Below, piece by piece: positions 42,611 to 53,113 of a stretch of 64,000 nt of DNA. Position 1 is the first letter of the stretch, and each line of letters starts with the position of its first letter. The position numbers and the translations under genes are program-made. The notes beneath the pieces are model-generated. The model made no database searches, had not been told where the DNA came from, and saw only the letters and a list, made by a program, of their open reading frames with translations. The stretch lies in assembly GCA_965203055.1 (NCBI GenBank), contig OZ241863.1, positions 3,168,001 to 3,232,000 of the forward strand, given 5' to 3'. The DNA comes from Spirochaetia bacterium. Its GTDB lineage: Bacteria; Spirochaetota; Spirochaetia; SZUA-6; Bin103.

Positions 42611-43563
42611 GACAGACCGGTCGGTATCGGTACCTGCTGCAGGATCCGCTCCACTACCTGCGCCGGGGTCAGGTTCTCCATGCGCGCTTCGGCCGACAGC
42701 ACCACCCGATGCGTCAGCACGATGCCGGCCACTGCCATCACGTCTTCCGGCATCACGTAGTCGCGCCCGATGAGCAACGCCTCCGCCTGCGCCGCCAGCA
42801 TGATGTGCTGGGAGGCGCGCGGGCTGATGCCCAGCCGCAGCAGCGGGCTGCTGCGCGTCTGGTTGGCCAACCCGATGATGAAGCGGCGGACGTCGCGCGA
42901 CACCGTGACCGCGCGCACCACGCCGCGCAGCTCGGTCACGTCCTCCGGCTGCACCACCGGCTGCAGCTCCTGCAGCGGGTCCCAGGCATACTGATCGAGG
43001 ATGCGCACCTCGTCGTCGCTGTGCGGATAGCCGATGGAAAGCGAGATGCCGAAGCGGTCGAGCTCCCCCTCCGGGAGGTGGAACACGCCGATGAAGGTAA
43101 CCGGGTTCTGGGTGGCGATGACGAAGAACGGCTCCGGCAGGCGGTAGGTGGTGCCGTCGACGGTGACCGAGCCCTCCTGCATCGCCTCCAGCAGGCTCGA
43201 CTGGGTGCGCGGCGAGGCGCGGTTGATCTCGTCCGCCAGGATGAACTGGTGCATGATGGCGCCCTGCTTGAACTCGAACCGGCGGCTCTCGTTGTTCCAC
43301 ACCGTCATGCCCACGATGTCGCCGGGCAGCAGATCGGGAGTAAACTGGATGCGCCCGTAGTCGATCCCGGTACTGGCTGCCAGACACCGCGCCAGGGTGG
43401 TCTTGCCGACCCCCGGCACGTCCTCGATCAGCACGTGCAGGCCGGCGATGAACCCGATCAGCATGTGCCTCACCTGGCGCTGCTTGCCGACGAACACCTC
43501 GCAGACGTTGCGTTCGATGGTGCGGACCTGCTCACAGTACGGCGTGATGTCCCGTTGTGCCAT
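42607..43563 (-). CDS. MoxR family AAA+ ATPase
   Basis: EDVPGVGKT, RIQFTPDLLP, LADEINRA, ATQNP. Confidence 0.93.
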   Translation of the reverse strand: MAQRDITPYCEQVRTIERNVCEVFVGKQRQVRHMLIGFIAGLHVLIEDVPGVGKTTLARCLAASTGIDYGRIQFTPDLLPGDIVGMTVWNNESRRFEFKQGAIMHQFILADEINRASPRTQSSLLEAMQEGSVTVDGTTYRLPEPFFVIATQNPVTFIGVFHLPEGELDRFGISLSIGYPHSDDEVRILDQYAWDPLQELQPVVQPEDVTELRGVVRAVTVSRDVRRFIIGLANQTRSSPLLRLGISPRASQHIMLAAQAEALLIGRDYVMPEDVMAVAGIVLTHRVVLSAEARMENLTPAQVVERILQQVPIPTGLS

Positions 43564-43710
43564 GCGTCTACCTAACATGGCGCATCGGCGCCCGTTCGGC
43601 AAGACGCGCCCGGCGCCGGCAAGCGCCGGCAGCGGACCGGCGCGACCGCGCGCGATCAACTTCGTTGACCCGCGCCGGAGCGCGGCAGTAGGCTACGACA
43701 GAGCGCCGCC

Positions 43711-44961
43711 ATGCATTCCGTCGCCCAAGTCGACCAGCTCCTGACCGCCCGCGCCGTGACGCTGCCGGCCGAGCAGTGCGCCCTGCCGGCCGCGGTCGGG
43801 CGGGTGCTGCGCGAGCCGGTGGCGGCGGACCGCGACTTGCCGCCCCACGACCGCGTGACCATGGATGGCATAGCCGTCGCCGCGGCTGCTCTGGAGCGGG
43901 GCGGTCAGGCGCTGCAGGTGGAGGGCGAGGCGCGCGCCGGCGAGCCGCGCAAGCGGTTGCGCGATCCTGCCCGCGGCGCCGTGCGGGTGATGACCGGCGC
44001 CGTGCTCCCGGCCGGCTGCGACACGGTGGTCCGCAGCGAGGACCTGCGGCTGGACGGCTCCCGCGCCTGGCTGCAGCCGCAAGCGCCGATCGTTCCGGGC
44101 CAGAACGTGCACCGCCGGGGCTCCGATACCCGGGCCGGCGCCGCGGTGTTGGCCCCCGGGCGCCGCATCTCCGCCGCCGACGTTGCGGTCCTGGCTTCGG
44201 TGGGCCGCGGCCAGGTGGCGGTGGGCGCGCGCCCGCGGGTGGCGGTCATCTCCACCGGCGACGAACTGGTCGACGTGGGTCAGCCGATCGCCGCCCACCA
44301 GGTGCGCCGCTCCAACGGCTACACCGTGGCCGCGGCGCTGGCCGAGCTCGGCTACGCGGCGGCGCCGCGCCATCTGCCGGATGATCCCGACCGCCTCACC
44401 GCCGGGGTGGGTGACGCCCTGCGCGGCCACGACGTGGTGATTACCACCGGCGCGGTGTCGCAGGGCAGCGCCGACTTTCTGCCGGGAGTGTTCGCGCGCC
44501 TGGGCGTGGAGCGCTACCTGCACGGCGTGCGCCAGCGCCCCGGCAAGCCGCTGTGGATCGGCGGCACGGCGAGCGGCAAGCGGGTGTTCGCGCTGCCCGG
44601 CAATCCGGTATCGGTGATGGCCTGCCTGCGCCGCTACGTCGTGCCCTTCCTGGCGGCCGCCGAAGGGGGGGCAGCGCCGCCGGCGCAGCAGGCGGCGCTG
44701 GCCGAGGCGGTGCGGTTCGCGCCGCCGCTGACGCTGTTTCTGCCCGTGCTCCTGCAGGCGGCCGGCGGCGCGTTGCGGGCGCGCCCGGCGCCGGCGCAGA
44801 ACTCGGGCGACTTCCTGGCCCTGGTCGGCACCGACGGGTTCGTGGAACTGGCCGCCGCGCAGGCGGAGTTCCCAGCCGGCAGCGTGGTGCCGCTGCATCC
44901 CTGGCGGCCGCTGGGGTGGGGAGCGGGCCCTGCGGAGACCGCTGCGGGGACCCCCGCGTGA
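43711..44961 (+). CDS. moeA: Molybdopterin molybdotransferase
   Basis: MDGIAV, MTGAVLP, STGDEL, PGKP, LPGNP. Confidence 0.93.
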   Translation: MHSVAQVDQLLTARAVTLPAEQCALPAAVGRVLREPVAADRDLPPHDRVTMDGIAVAAAALERGGQALQVEGEARAGEPRKRLRDPARGAVRVMTGAVLPAGCDTVVRSEDLRLDGSRAWLQPQAPIVPGQNVHRRGSDTRAGAAVLAPGRRISAADVAVLASVGRGQVAVGARPRVAVISTGDELVDVGQPIAAHQVRRSNGYTVAAALAELGYAAAPRHLPDDPDRLTAGVGDALRGHDVVITTGAVSQGSADFLPGVFARLGVERYLHGVRQRPGKPLWIGGTASGKRVFALPGNPVSVMACLRRYVVPFLAAAEGGAAPPAQQAALAEAVRFAPPLTLFLPVLLQAAGGALRARPAPAQNSGDFLALVGTDGFVELAAAQAEFPAGSVVPLHPWRPLGWGAGPAETAAGTPA

Positions 44962-45980
44962 GCCCGGTGCGTGACCGCTTCGCGCGCCCGTTGCGCGACC
45001 TGCGCATCTCGGTAATCGATCGCTGCAACTTCCGGTGTCCCTACTGCATGCCCAAGGACACCTACGGCGATGACTACCAGTTCCTGCCGCCGGCGGACTA
45101 TCTGAGCTTTGCCGAGGTGGCGCGGCTGGTGCGCGTGTTCGTGGCCCTCGGGGTGACCAAGGTGCGCCTGACCGGCGGCGAGCCGCTGCTGCGGCCCCGG
45201 CTGCCGGACCTGATCGAGGCCCTCGCCGCGATCCCGGGGATCGAAGATCTGGCGCTCACTACCAACGGCTACCTGCTGGCGGAGCAGGCTGCGGCGCTGC
45301 GCGCCGCCGGTTTGCGGCGCGTCACCGTGAGCCTCGACTCCACCGACCCGGAGACCTTCGCGCGGATGAACGGGCTCGGCATTCCCATCGACCGCGTCCT
45401 GGCCGGAATCGCGCGCGCGCAGGAGGCGGGCCTAGCCCCCATCAAGCTCAACGCGGTGGTGCAGCGCGGCGTCAACGACCACACGGTGCTCGACCTGGTC
45501 CGCGCCTTCGCCGGCCAGGAGGTCGCCATCCGCTTCATCGAGTACATGGACGTGGGCAACCGCAACGGCTGGGACGCAGCCGCGGTGGTGCCCAGCGCCA
45601 CGCTCAAGGCCGCCATCGAGGAGGAGTTCCCGCTCGAAGCGGTGGCGGCCGCCTACCGCGGCGAGGTGGCGCGGCGCTACCGGGTGCTCGGTACCAGCAC
45701 CGAGATCGGCTTCGTGTCATCCATCTCGGCGCCGTTCTGTCACGACTGCAGCCGCGCCCGCCTGGCGACCGACGGACGGCTCTATACCTGTCTGTTTGCC
45801 TGGCAGGGTACCGATCTGCGCACCGCGCTGCGCCGCGGCGCCGGCGACGAGGAGCTGGCGGAGCTGATCGGCAACGTATGGCGCCGCCGCACCGACCGCT
45901 ACTCGGAGGAGCGCGCGCAGGTCGCCCGCTTCCGGCGCCGCCGCGCGCGCAAGGTCGAGATGTACCAGATCGGAGGCTAG
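44958..45980 (+). CDS. moaA: GTP 3',8-cyclase
   Basis: CNFRCPYC, FCHDCSRARL, C-terminal IGG. Confidence 0.95.
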   Translation: MSPVRDRFARPLRDLRISVIDRCNFRCPYCMPKDTYGDDYQFLPPADYLSFAEVARLVRVFVALGVTKVRLTGGEPLLRPRLPDLIEALAAIPGIEDLALTTNGYLLAEQAAALRAAGLRRVTVSLDSTDPETFARMNGLGIPIDRVLAGIARAQEAGLAPIKLNAVVQRGVNDHTVLDLVRAFAGQEVAIRFIEYMDVGNRNGWDAAAVVPSATLKAAIEEEFPLEAVAAAYRGEVARRYRVLGTSTEIGFVSSISAPFCHDCSRARLATDGRLYTCLFAWQGTDLRTALRRGAGDEELAELIGNVWRRRTDRYSEERAQVARFRRRRARKVEMYQIGG

Positions 45981-45984
45981 GCGG

Positions 45985-46506
45985 ATGCCCGAAGCAGCCC
46001 CCGAGTCTGACCGCGCGCTGTCCCACGTCTCCGCGGCCGGGCAGCCGGTGATGGTGGACGTCGGGGCGAAGCCGCGCACCGCGCGCCGCGCCCGCGCCCG
46101 CGCGGAAGTGGTGCTGCCGGGCGCGGTGCGGGCGCTGCTGCGCGACGGCGAACTGCACGCTGCCAAGGGGCCGGTGTTCCGCACCGCGGTGACCGCCGGC
46201 ATCATGGCCGCCAAGCGCACCGCGGAGCTGATTCCGCTGTGTCATCCCATCGGCCTCGATAGCTGCGACGTGACGGTACGGCTCAACGCCGCCGGCAACG
46301 CCGAGATCACCTGCGCGGCGGCCGTGGAGCACAAGACCGGCGTCGAGATGGAGGCGCTCACCGGCGCCGCGGTGGCCGCGCTCACCATCTACGACATGTG
46401 CAAGGCGCTGTCCCACGACATCGCCATTCGCGACCTGCGTCTGTTGGAGAAGAGCGGCGGCAAGAGCGATTACCGCGCCGCCGCGGCCGATGCTGCCGAT
46501 GGCTGA
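45985..46506 (+). CDS. moaC: Cyclic pyranopterin monophosphate synthase
   Basis: MVDV, LIPLCHP, TGVEMEAL, KSGGK. Confidence 0.95.
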   Translation: MPEAAPESDRALSHVSAAGQPVMVDVGAKPRTARRARARAEVVLPGAVRALLRDGELHAAKGPVFRTAVTAGIMAAKRTAELIPLCHPIGLDSCDVTVRLNAAGNAEITCAAAVEHKTGVEMEALTGAAVAALTIYDMCKALSHDIAIRDLRLLEKSGGKSDYRAAAADAADG

Positions 46507-46783
46507 GCAAGCGCCGGGGGGCACGCCCCGGCGCCCGTCCCGGCGCGCGCTGCGGGTGCACTACTACGCGCTGCTGCGCGACGAAGCCGGCTGCGCCGAG
46601 GAGCAGGTGGCCACCGCCGCGGCGACCGCCGCGGAACTGTACGCGGAGCTGCGGCAGCGGCACCGGTTCTCGTTGCCGCAGGAGCGGCTCCGGGTGGCGG
46701 TCAACGCCGGCTTTGCCGCCTGGGACACGCGCCTCGCGGCCGGCGATCTGGTAGTCTTCATTCCCCCGGTGGCCGGCGGTTGA
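46499..46783 (+). CDS. moaD: Molybdopterin synthase sulfur carrier
   Basis: YYALLRD...AVN...PPVAGG C-terminus. Confidence 0.9.
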   Translation: MAEQAPGGTPRRPSRRALRVHYYALLRDEAGCAEEQVATAAATAAELYAELRQRHRFSLPQERLRVAVNAGFAAWDTRLAAGDLVVFIPPVAGG

Positions 46784-46805
46784 CGCTTTGTCGAAGGAGC
46801 AGCCC

Positions 46806-47279
46806 ATGAACGACCCACCGCGCGCGGACTTTGCGCTGGCCGCGGCCGCGATTGATCCCGAGGCGTTGCGGGCACGGTTGCAGCACCCCGCGGCCGGCGC
46901 CCTGGCCGCCTTCGAAGGGTGGGTGCGCAACCACGCCGGCGGCCGCGCCGTGCAGCTCCTGGAGTATCAGGCCTACCCCGAGCTGGCGCAGGCCGAGGGT
47001 GAGCGGGTGGTAGCGGAAGCGCTGCGCGCGTTCGACGTGATCGCGGTGCATTGCACGCATCGTTCCGGTATACTGCGGACAGGAGACTTGGCGGTGTGGG
47101 TCGGCGCAGCCGCGGCGCATCGAGCTGCGGCGTTCGACGCCTGCCGCTACGTCATCGACGAAATCAAGCAGCGGCTGCCGATCTGGAAGCGCGAGACCTA
47201 CGCCGGGGGTGACTCCGGCTGGGTCAACTGCCAAGTGATCGCACCGGCGGCAAACGAGGTGACTCATGGCAGCGAGTAA
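46806..47279 (+). CDS. moaE: Molybdopterin synthase catalytic subunit
   Basis: FEGWVRN, LEYQAY, HR, PIWKRE; SD AAGGAG. Confidence 0.93.
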   Translation: MNDPPRADFALAAAAIDPEALRARLQHPAAGALAAFEGWVRNHAGGRAVQLLEYQAYPELAQAEGERVVAEALRAFDVIAVHCTHRSGILRTGDLAVWVGAAAAHRAAAFDACRYVIDEIKQRLPIWKRETYAGGDSGWVNCQVIAPAANEVTHGSE

Positions 47280-48240
47280 GCGCAGGGACTACGAAGCGGG
47301 CATCAAGTGGTGGGATATCACTGACCGCGAACACTTCATCAATCGCCGCGAGTTCATGCGCCGGGCGGGCACGGTGGCCGCCGGCGTCGGGCTCGCTTCC
47401 GCGGCGCCGGGCTTCGTGCAGCGCGCATTTGCCCAGAACGGCGCCTTCGCCGGGGTTCCCGGCAGCCGGTACGACACCGACGAGGCGCAGAACACGCTCA
47501 AGCAGGCCACCACCTACAACAACTTCTGGGAGTTCGGCGCCGGCAAGGGGGATCCGGCGCGGCATGCCCGGAAGTTCGTCACCAGTCCGTGGCAGATTTC
47601 CATTGGCGGTCTGACTCCCAATCCCGCGGTGATCGACGTGGACGACGTAATCAGCCGCTACCGGGACAAGCTGGAGCAGCGCATCTATCGCCTGCGCTGC
47701 GTGGAGGCGTGGTCGATGGTGATCCCCTGGGTGGGGTTCCCGCTGCACGAGTTGATCAAGGACTACCAGCCCGCCTCCGCCGCCCGGTACGTGCGCTTCG
47801 AGACCTTGTGGGACCCCGACCAGATGCGGCGCGCGGCGCGCTCCATCGACTATCCCTACGTCGAGGGACTGCGCATGGACGAAGCGATGAACGACCTCAC
47901 GCTGGTTACGGTCGGCATGTACGGCGATGTCCTGCAGAACCCCAACGGCCCGCCGATTCGTCTCATCATCCCGTGGAAGTACGGCTTCAAGAGCATCAAG
48001 TCGGTGAACAAGATCGAATTCGTCGCCGACGAGCCGCTGAACACCTGGAACAAGGCGCAGCCGCACGAGTACGGGTTCTATTCCAACGTGAATCCGCAGC
48101 GCGCCCATCCGCGCTGGAGCCAGCGCACCGAGCGCCGCATCGGCGAGCGCGGCCGCCGCGAGACTCTGATGTTCAACGGCTACGGGGAGTGGGTCGCCTC
48201 GCTGTACGAGGGCATGGATCTGATCAACACCTACTACTGA
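47266..48240 (+). CDS. msrP: Protein-methionine-sulfoxide reductase catalytic subunit
   Basis: Tat motif RREF, YNNFWEFG, RLRCVEAWS, PWKYGFKSIK, HPRWSQ. Confidence 0.95.
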   Translation: MAASKRRDYEAGIKWWDITDREHFINRREFMRRAGTVAAGVGLASAAPGFVQRAFAQNGAFAGVPGSRYDTDEAQNTLKQATTYNNFWEFGAGKGDPARHARKFVTSPWQISIGGLTPNPAVIDVDDVISRYRDKLEQRIYRLRCVEAWSMVIPWVGFPLHELIKDYQPASAARYVRFETLWDPDQMRRAARSIDYPYVEGLRMDEAMNDLTLVTVGMYGDVLQNPNGPPIRLIIPWKYGFKSIKSVNKIEFVADEPLNTWNKAQPHEYGFYSNVNPQRAHPRWSQRTERRIGERGRRETLMFNGYGEWVASLYEGMDLINTYY

Positions 48241-48247
48241 GGCAGCC

Positions 48248-48892
48248 ATGGCCGCCGCCCAAGCCAAGCGCCGTACTCCCATCCAGGTGGCCAAGCGGGC
48301 CAAGCTGATCGTCCTGCCGCTGTCCATGGTGCCGCTGGTCATTGCCCTGCTGCGCTACCTGGGCGATCAGTGGGGCGGCAACGCCATCGAGGCGTTCACC
48401 CTGGACACCGGCAACTGGGGCATCCGGCTGCTGCTGATCACCCTCGCCATCACGCCGGTGCGGGAGCTCACCGGCTGGAACTGGCTCATCACCTATCGCC
48501 GGCCCATGGGCCTCGCCGCGTTCTACTATCTGTGCGTGCACTTCCTGGTGTACCTGTACCTGGACTTCGCCTTCGACCTGCCGTTCATCGTGAGCGACCT
48601 GTCCACCTCGCTCTACGTGGTGGTCGGATTCGTGGGGTTTCTGCTGCTGGTGCCGTTGGCGATCACCTCGACCAACGGCTGGATCCGGGCGCTGGGCAAA
48701 CGCTGGCGGTTTCTGCACCGGCTGGTATACGCGGCCGTGATCCTGGGCGTGGTGCATTACCTGCTGCAGGTCAAGGAGATCGGCTTTCAGCTCTGGTTCT
48801 ACATCATCGCCGGCGGGCTGTTGCTGGCCTACCGCGTCGCGGCCCCGGCGCTGGCCGCCAAGGCCAAGTCCAACCGCAGCTCCCGGAGGTAG
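48248..48892 (+). CDS. msrQ: Heme-binding membrane subunit MsrQ
   Basis: TG.W, LAITP, RR.MGL, LAITS, LHRLVY. Confidence 0.93.
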   Translation: MAAAQAKRRTPIQVAKRAKLIVLPLSMVPLVIALLRYLGDQWGGNAIEAFTLDTGNWGIRLLLITLAITPVRELTGWNWLITYRRPMGLAAFYYLCVHFLVYLYLDFAFDLPFIVSDLSTSLYVVVGFVGFLLLVPLAITSTNGWIRALGKRWRFLHRLVYAAVILGVVHYLLQVKEIGFQLWFYIIAGGLLLAYRVAAPALAAKAKSNRSSRR

Positions 48893-48936
48893 CGCCGCCT
48901 CTGCCTGCCGGCGTCACCGGCGGCCGGCGACTCAAC

Positions 48937-50133
48937 TTACCCTGGCGGCCGCGGGCGGCGCAGGGTTTCTTCGACGGCGAAGATGAACAAGGCGGCGCCC
49001 GCGCCGCCCAACAGCGCTACGGCGGGTCCGGCGAGGCCCAGCGAAAGGAGGGCGGCCACCGCGCCGATTACGGCTGGACCGGCGGTGGTGCCCAGGTCCC
49101 CGATCAGCCGCCACAGGCCGATGAATTCGCCGGCGCCGCGCCGGGGGGCGAGGTCGGTTCCCATGGTCATCAGGAAGCCGCTCCCCAGGCCGTTGCCGGC
49201 ACCGGCCAGCAGCCCTACCAGCAGCAGACTCAGGAAACTGCCGGTCAGCGGCATCAGCGCCAGGCTGGCGGACATCACCAGGATCGAGGCCGCCGCCGCC
49301 CAGCGCCGGCCGAGGCGGTCCATGATCAGCCCGGTGGGGTAGAACAGCAGCATGTCGGCGATGCCCGAGGCGCTCATGGCCAGACCCACTTGCGCTACCG
49401 ACAGGCCGATCGACTCGCCCCACAGCGGGATGAACAGCGAGCGCGCGGCGCGGACCAGGTTGAGCGCGATGATCGCCGGACCGGCGCGCAGCAGCACCCG
49501 CCAGTGGTCGCGCAGGATGGCCAGCGGATGATACCAGCCGGCGCCCCCGGGCTGGTGCCGCGGCGGAACCGGGCGCGCGGGCGTCCAGCGCAGCGCCGCC
49601 AGCGCGGCCAGGACCATCAGGCAGGCGAGGGCCACGAACGGGGCGCGCAGCCCCAGCACGCCGGCCAAGGCGCCGCCCAGCGCCGGCCCGAGGGCAAAGG
49701 TGCCGATGCGATTCACTCCGCCGAGGGTGGCCAGTGCCCGCCCCCGTTGCGCCGGCGCCACCGCGGCGCGGGCGAAGGCCATGCGCTCCACCATCCACGC
49801 CCCGCGGCAGGCGCCCATCAGCAGGGCGGCGAGGCCGAGCAGCAGCACGCCGCCGGCCGCGGCGGCCGCCAGACCCGCAACGGTGAGGGTGCCGAGCACG
49901 GCGATGACTATGGTGCGCGGCGGCCAGCGCGCGGCGAACACCCCGGCGGGGATGTCGATCACCAGGGTACCGACCGCGATCAGCGCCACCACCCCGGCCG
50001 CGGCGGCCACGCTGCCGCTCAGACTGTTCGCCAGCCGCGGCAGCACCGGCAGGATCAGCCCCCAGCCGATCGTGTAGAACAGTTCCGGGACGTAGAAGGC
50101 AAGAATCAGAGTGCGGATACGGGACGCCGGCAC
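48937..50133 (-). CDS. MFS transporter
   Basis: Multiple TM helices, G.IMDRLGRR motif, QRGRA. GTG start at 50133. Confidence 0.85.
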   Translation of the reverse strand: MPASRIRTLILAFYVPELFYTIGWGLILPVLPRLANSLSGSVAAAAGVVALIAVGTLVIDIPAGVFAARWPPRTIVIAVLGTLTVAGLAAAAAGGVLLLGLAALLMGACRGAWMVERMAFARAAVAPAQRGRALATLGGVNRIGTFALGPALGGALAGVLGLRAPFVALACLMVLAALAALRWTPARPVPPRHQPGGAGWYHPLAILRDHWRVLLRAGPAIIALNLVRAARSLFIPLWGESIGLSVAQVGLAMSASGIADMLLFYPTGLIMDRLGRRWAAAASILVMSASLALMPLTGSFLSLLLVGLLAGAGNGLGSGFLMTMGTDLAPRRGAGEFIGLWRLIGDLGTTAGPAVIGAVAALLSLGLAGPAVALLGGAGAALFIFAVEETLRRPRPPG

Positions 50134-50186
50134 CCGTCCATTATCGCATACCGGCCAAGACGGGGAAGCCTGCGTGGTAGCGACCG

Positions 50187-50203
50187 TGCTATAATTGAAG
50201 GAG
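50187..50203 (+). promoter_or_regulatory. Extended -10 promoter (TGcTATAAT) and SD (AAGGAG)
   Basis: TGCTATAAT at 50187-50195, then AAGGAG, then ATG at 50206. Confidence 0.55.
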
Positions 50204-50205
50204 TT

Positions 50206-50760
50206 ATGGGGTAACTCGGAAATTATACTGGACCGCGCTCCAGGTATCGCCCGCGCGTATCGCGGCTCTGGACCCGACCGACTTGAACAAGTTGATGAGC
50301 CGGTTGTTGCGCGCGCAAGCCTATCGTTGTGGTTCTCCAGCGTTCTGGTCAACACGGAGACCAGTGCGCTGGACGAAGGTTGCGACGGATGGTCCGATCG
50401 GCCGGCAACGCCAGATCCGTGGCTCGGCTCCACTGATACGGGCTGGCAGTTCAAAGCATAGGGTGTCGAGCAGCCGCACCGGTTGAGTGCCGAGGTCGAA
50501 AAGCCGCTTCCCCTGAAACCCCTGCGCGACGGGGTCGGTCCGTGGTGGTCGCCAGTGGTTCGACGAATGGGCAGGCGGGCACCGACCGCCGGCGGGAGCG
50601 ACTGACTACCGTCGCCAGACAGGTTGGACTATCCGCGAAAGTTGAAGAGAGAATAAGAGGTCTATGACAGCGAAGAATATCGCCAAGTGGTGGCAATCAG
50701 CATCCCGTCGTTGCAGACCATTGGCCCGGTCATATGCATTGGCCCGGGTGAAGAAATCTG
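50206..50760 (+). pseudogene. Decayed gene with N-terminal PD-(D/E)XK (Mrr-like) nuclease domain; 3' limit uncertain (may extend to ~51120)
   Basis: Fragments across frames read LDPTDLNKLMSRLLRAQA / VLVNTE..ALDEGCDG..WQFKA* / VVVASGS / EVYDSE..W.NQHP, with several frameshifts and stops. Confidence 0.55.
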
Positions 50761-51179
50761 CACGGTTAGGAGAGTCTATGAGATTCGTAAAGGTTACCCC
50801 AGAGAGCATAGAGACGCTTGATCTAAGGGTCAATTTTCAGAAGGGTTCGGACAAGGAAGCCAAGAAGTATAGAGCAGGCAGTCAAGAATGACAGTGGTAC
50901 TATCAATCCCTGCTGAACCTTGAACAGCTTGAGCAGGAGTATACAGATCACTCTAAAGTGGTTCATACTCTCTTGCGGTGGATGGGCTGAAAGATGGAGA
51001 GAGAACCTCAATGTATCAGACATTATGAATGTGCTGATGCTCCGATCGGAAGCGTGCCAGAAAATCGGAGGGGATATACTATTCTCAACAGGTTAGGGTC
51101 AGGCGTAATTGAATCGTGACCCGGATGCAGGGAATTGGAATCAATAGCGGTCCAAAGGGTACTGGAAGGAGAGTAAGAG

Positions 51180-51512
51180 GTGAAGAAGATCATTGTGGGA
51201 GCCGCGCTGTTGATGGTTGCGGCGTTCGTTGCGTGGGCGCAGGTGTCGGGAGCACTGGCACAACTGAGCGGAGAGTATAGCTCTGGTAGCGGTACAGGGG
51301 TTGAGGCACATGAGAGTAATATCGTGGTCAACATCTATACTGACCGTTACTACTTCAAGCGGGACGGGATCGAGGTCGTCGATGGTTTGTTCTTGATCCC
51401 GGAGTTGAACGACAACGGAAAGCAATTCTTGGTTCTCAGAGTCCTCGATGATGGGGAAATAGAGTATGGTTTTACCAAGATGTTTCCCGCAACGAAGGTT
51501 TCCGATGAGTGA
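51180..51512 (+). CDS. Small secreted hypothetical protein
   Basis: Signal peptide MKKIIVGAALLMVAAFVAWA; purine-rich SD; low GC. Confidence 0.6.
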   Translation: MKKIIVGAALLMVAAFVAWAQVSGALAQLSGEYSSGSGTGVEAHESNIVVNIYTDRYYFKRDGIEVVDGLFLIPELNDNGKQFLVLRVLDDGEIEYGFTKMFPATKVSDE

Positions 51513-51756
51513 CCAGACCGACCCCAAGCCGAGGGCGGACGTTGAAGATCGAAGAAGGATCAGGGACGCAGCAAGAAAGGGAGATCGTCTGGACGCTGGT
51601 ACGTATCGCTTGGCGATCATTGGATTCCATGACGCGGTTTTACGCTTGCGCTGCTGGCCGATGCCGAGAACGAGCCCTGGGGAAATAGTATTCGTCGATG
51701 ATACGCGCCGCAAGAGCATCATCCGTCAACCTACTCATGCTGGTCAGATGCGCTAG
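51505..51756 (+). CDS. Hypothetical protein (83 aa)
   Basis: The ATG overlaps the end of the upstream ORF; no recognisable motif. Confidence 0.3.
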   Translation: MSDQTDPKPRADVEDRRRIRDAARKGDRLDAGTYRLAIIGFHDAVLRLRCWPMPRTSPGEIVFVDDTRRKSIIRQPTHAGQMR

Positions 51757-51949
51757 ACGTTGAAGGACTTGGCAGTCGTACCGAAGCTGTCAGGGCTGTG
51801 TGTCTGGGCTTCAGCCGCGGCGCGTACTGTGAGCAGGATGGCAGAACAAGAACAACAACGAGAGGAGGAGCGAGAGCTTCTGATGCGTTGAGCCGTCGGA
51901 GGCGAACCGGGCGGGCTCGGCGGTCCGTCGTTTCGTGGCATAATGGGCT

Positions 51950-53113
51950 ATGGTGTCATCTGTTGGACCTTCCGCCCCGGCGCCGCCGGCGCCCGGTGGG
52001 GGACCTGACCCGGCTGCCCGGTTGGCGGCCGTGCGCGCGTGGCTGGATGCGCAAGACGAGGTGGACGGTCTGCTGCTGGTGCGCCAGGAGTCGCTGGAAG
52101 ACTACGACCTGCGCTACCTGACCGGGTTCGCCGGGACCTCCGCCTTTGCCATCGTGACCGCGCGGCAGGCGCTGCTGCTGACCGACGTGCGCTACCTGGA
52201 GCGGGCGGCGCAGGAGTGCCGCGGCTGGCGCATCCGGCGTCATGGCCGGCCCGCCGCCCCGGCGCTGGCGAAGGCGCTGCGGAGCGCGGGGGTGCGGCGG
52301 CTGGGGTTCGAGCCGGCGGGGCTCAGCGTCGCGCTGTGGAACGAGTTGCGTGGCGGGCTGCCGGACACCGCCCTGGAGCCGGCCGCCGGCGCGGTTACGG
52401 GGCTGCGGGCGCGCAAGGAGGCGGCCGAGGTGGCCGCCATCGCCCGCGCCTGCGCCATCAGCGACGCCGCCTTCGCGCAACTGCTGCCGGGGCTGCGCCC
52501 CGGCGTCAGCGAGCGCGACGTGGTGCGGCAGTTGGAGGAGCTGCTGTACCGCAACGGAGCCGATGCCGTCGCCTTCGAGACGATCGTCGCCTCCGGCCCC
52601 AACTCGGCGCTGCCGCACGCGCTGCCCGGGTTGCGCGCCGTCGCCGAGGGTGACCTGATCGTCTTCGATCTCGGCGCCCGAGTGGACGGCTACTGCGCGG
52701 ACCTTACCCGCACCGTGGTAATGGGGCCGGCGTCGGCCGCGCAGCGGCGCCTGTACGGCGCGGTGCGCGAAGTACAGGCCGCGGCGGTGGCCGGGGTGCG
52801 GGCGGGGGCAAGCTGCGCGGAACTGGATGCCGCGGCCAAGCAGGCCATGAAGGCCGCGGGCTACGGAAAGTATCCTACCCATAGTCTCGGCCACGGCCTC
52901 GGCTTGGCGATCCACGAGGGGCCGTTCCTGCGCCCGCGCAACGAGGAGGTGCTCATCGCCGGCCACGTGGTGACGGTGGAGCCGGGCATCTACGTGCCCG
53001 GCTTTGGCGGGGTACGGATCGAGGATACCGTGGTGGTCGAGGAGCAAGGCTGCCGGGTGCTGACTTCCAGCCCCAGAGAACTGATCGAGCTGGACGCCGC
53101 GGAGGGCGCATGA
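51950..53113 (+). CDS. Xaa-Pro aminopeptidase (M24 family)
   Basis: [39 protein letters not shown]. Confidence 0.93.
   Translation: MVSSVGPSAPAPPAPGGGPDPAARLAAVRAWLDAQDEVDGLLLVRQESLEDYDLRYLTGFAGTSAFAIVTARQALLLTDVRYLERAAQECRGWRIRRHGRPAAPALAKALRSAGVRRLGFEPAGLSVALWNELRGGLPDTALEPAAGAVTGLRARKEAAEVAAIARACAISDAAFAQLLPGLRPGVSERDVVRQLEELLYRNGADAVAFETIVASGPNSALPHALPGLRAVAEGDLIVFDLGARVDGYCADLTRTVVMGPASAAQRRLYGAVREVQAAAVAGVRAGASCAELDAAAKQAMKAAGYGKYPTHSLGHGLGLAIHEGPFLRPRNEEVLIAGHVVTVEPGIYVPGFGGVRIEDTVVVEEQGCRVLTSSPRELIELDAAEGA

Noticed and set aside
39130..43563. MoxR-DUF58-transglutaminase operon as a novel system
   Set aside because: Widespread, previously described gene triad.
50207..50560. GGGG-starting segment after a strong promoter as a possible tmRNA or other structural RNA
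   Set aside because: No tRNA-like ends, T-arm or tag peptide; better explained as a frameshifted protein gene.
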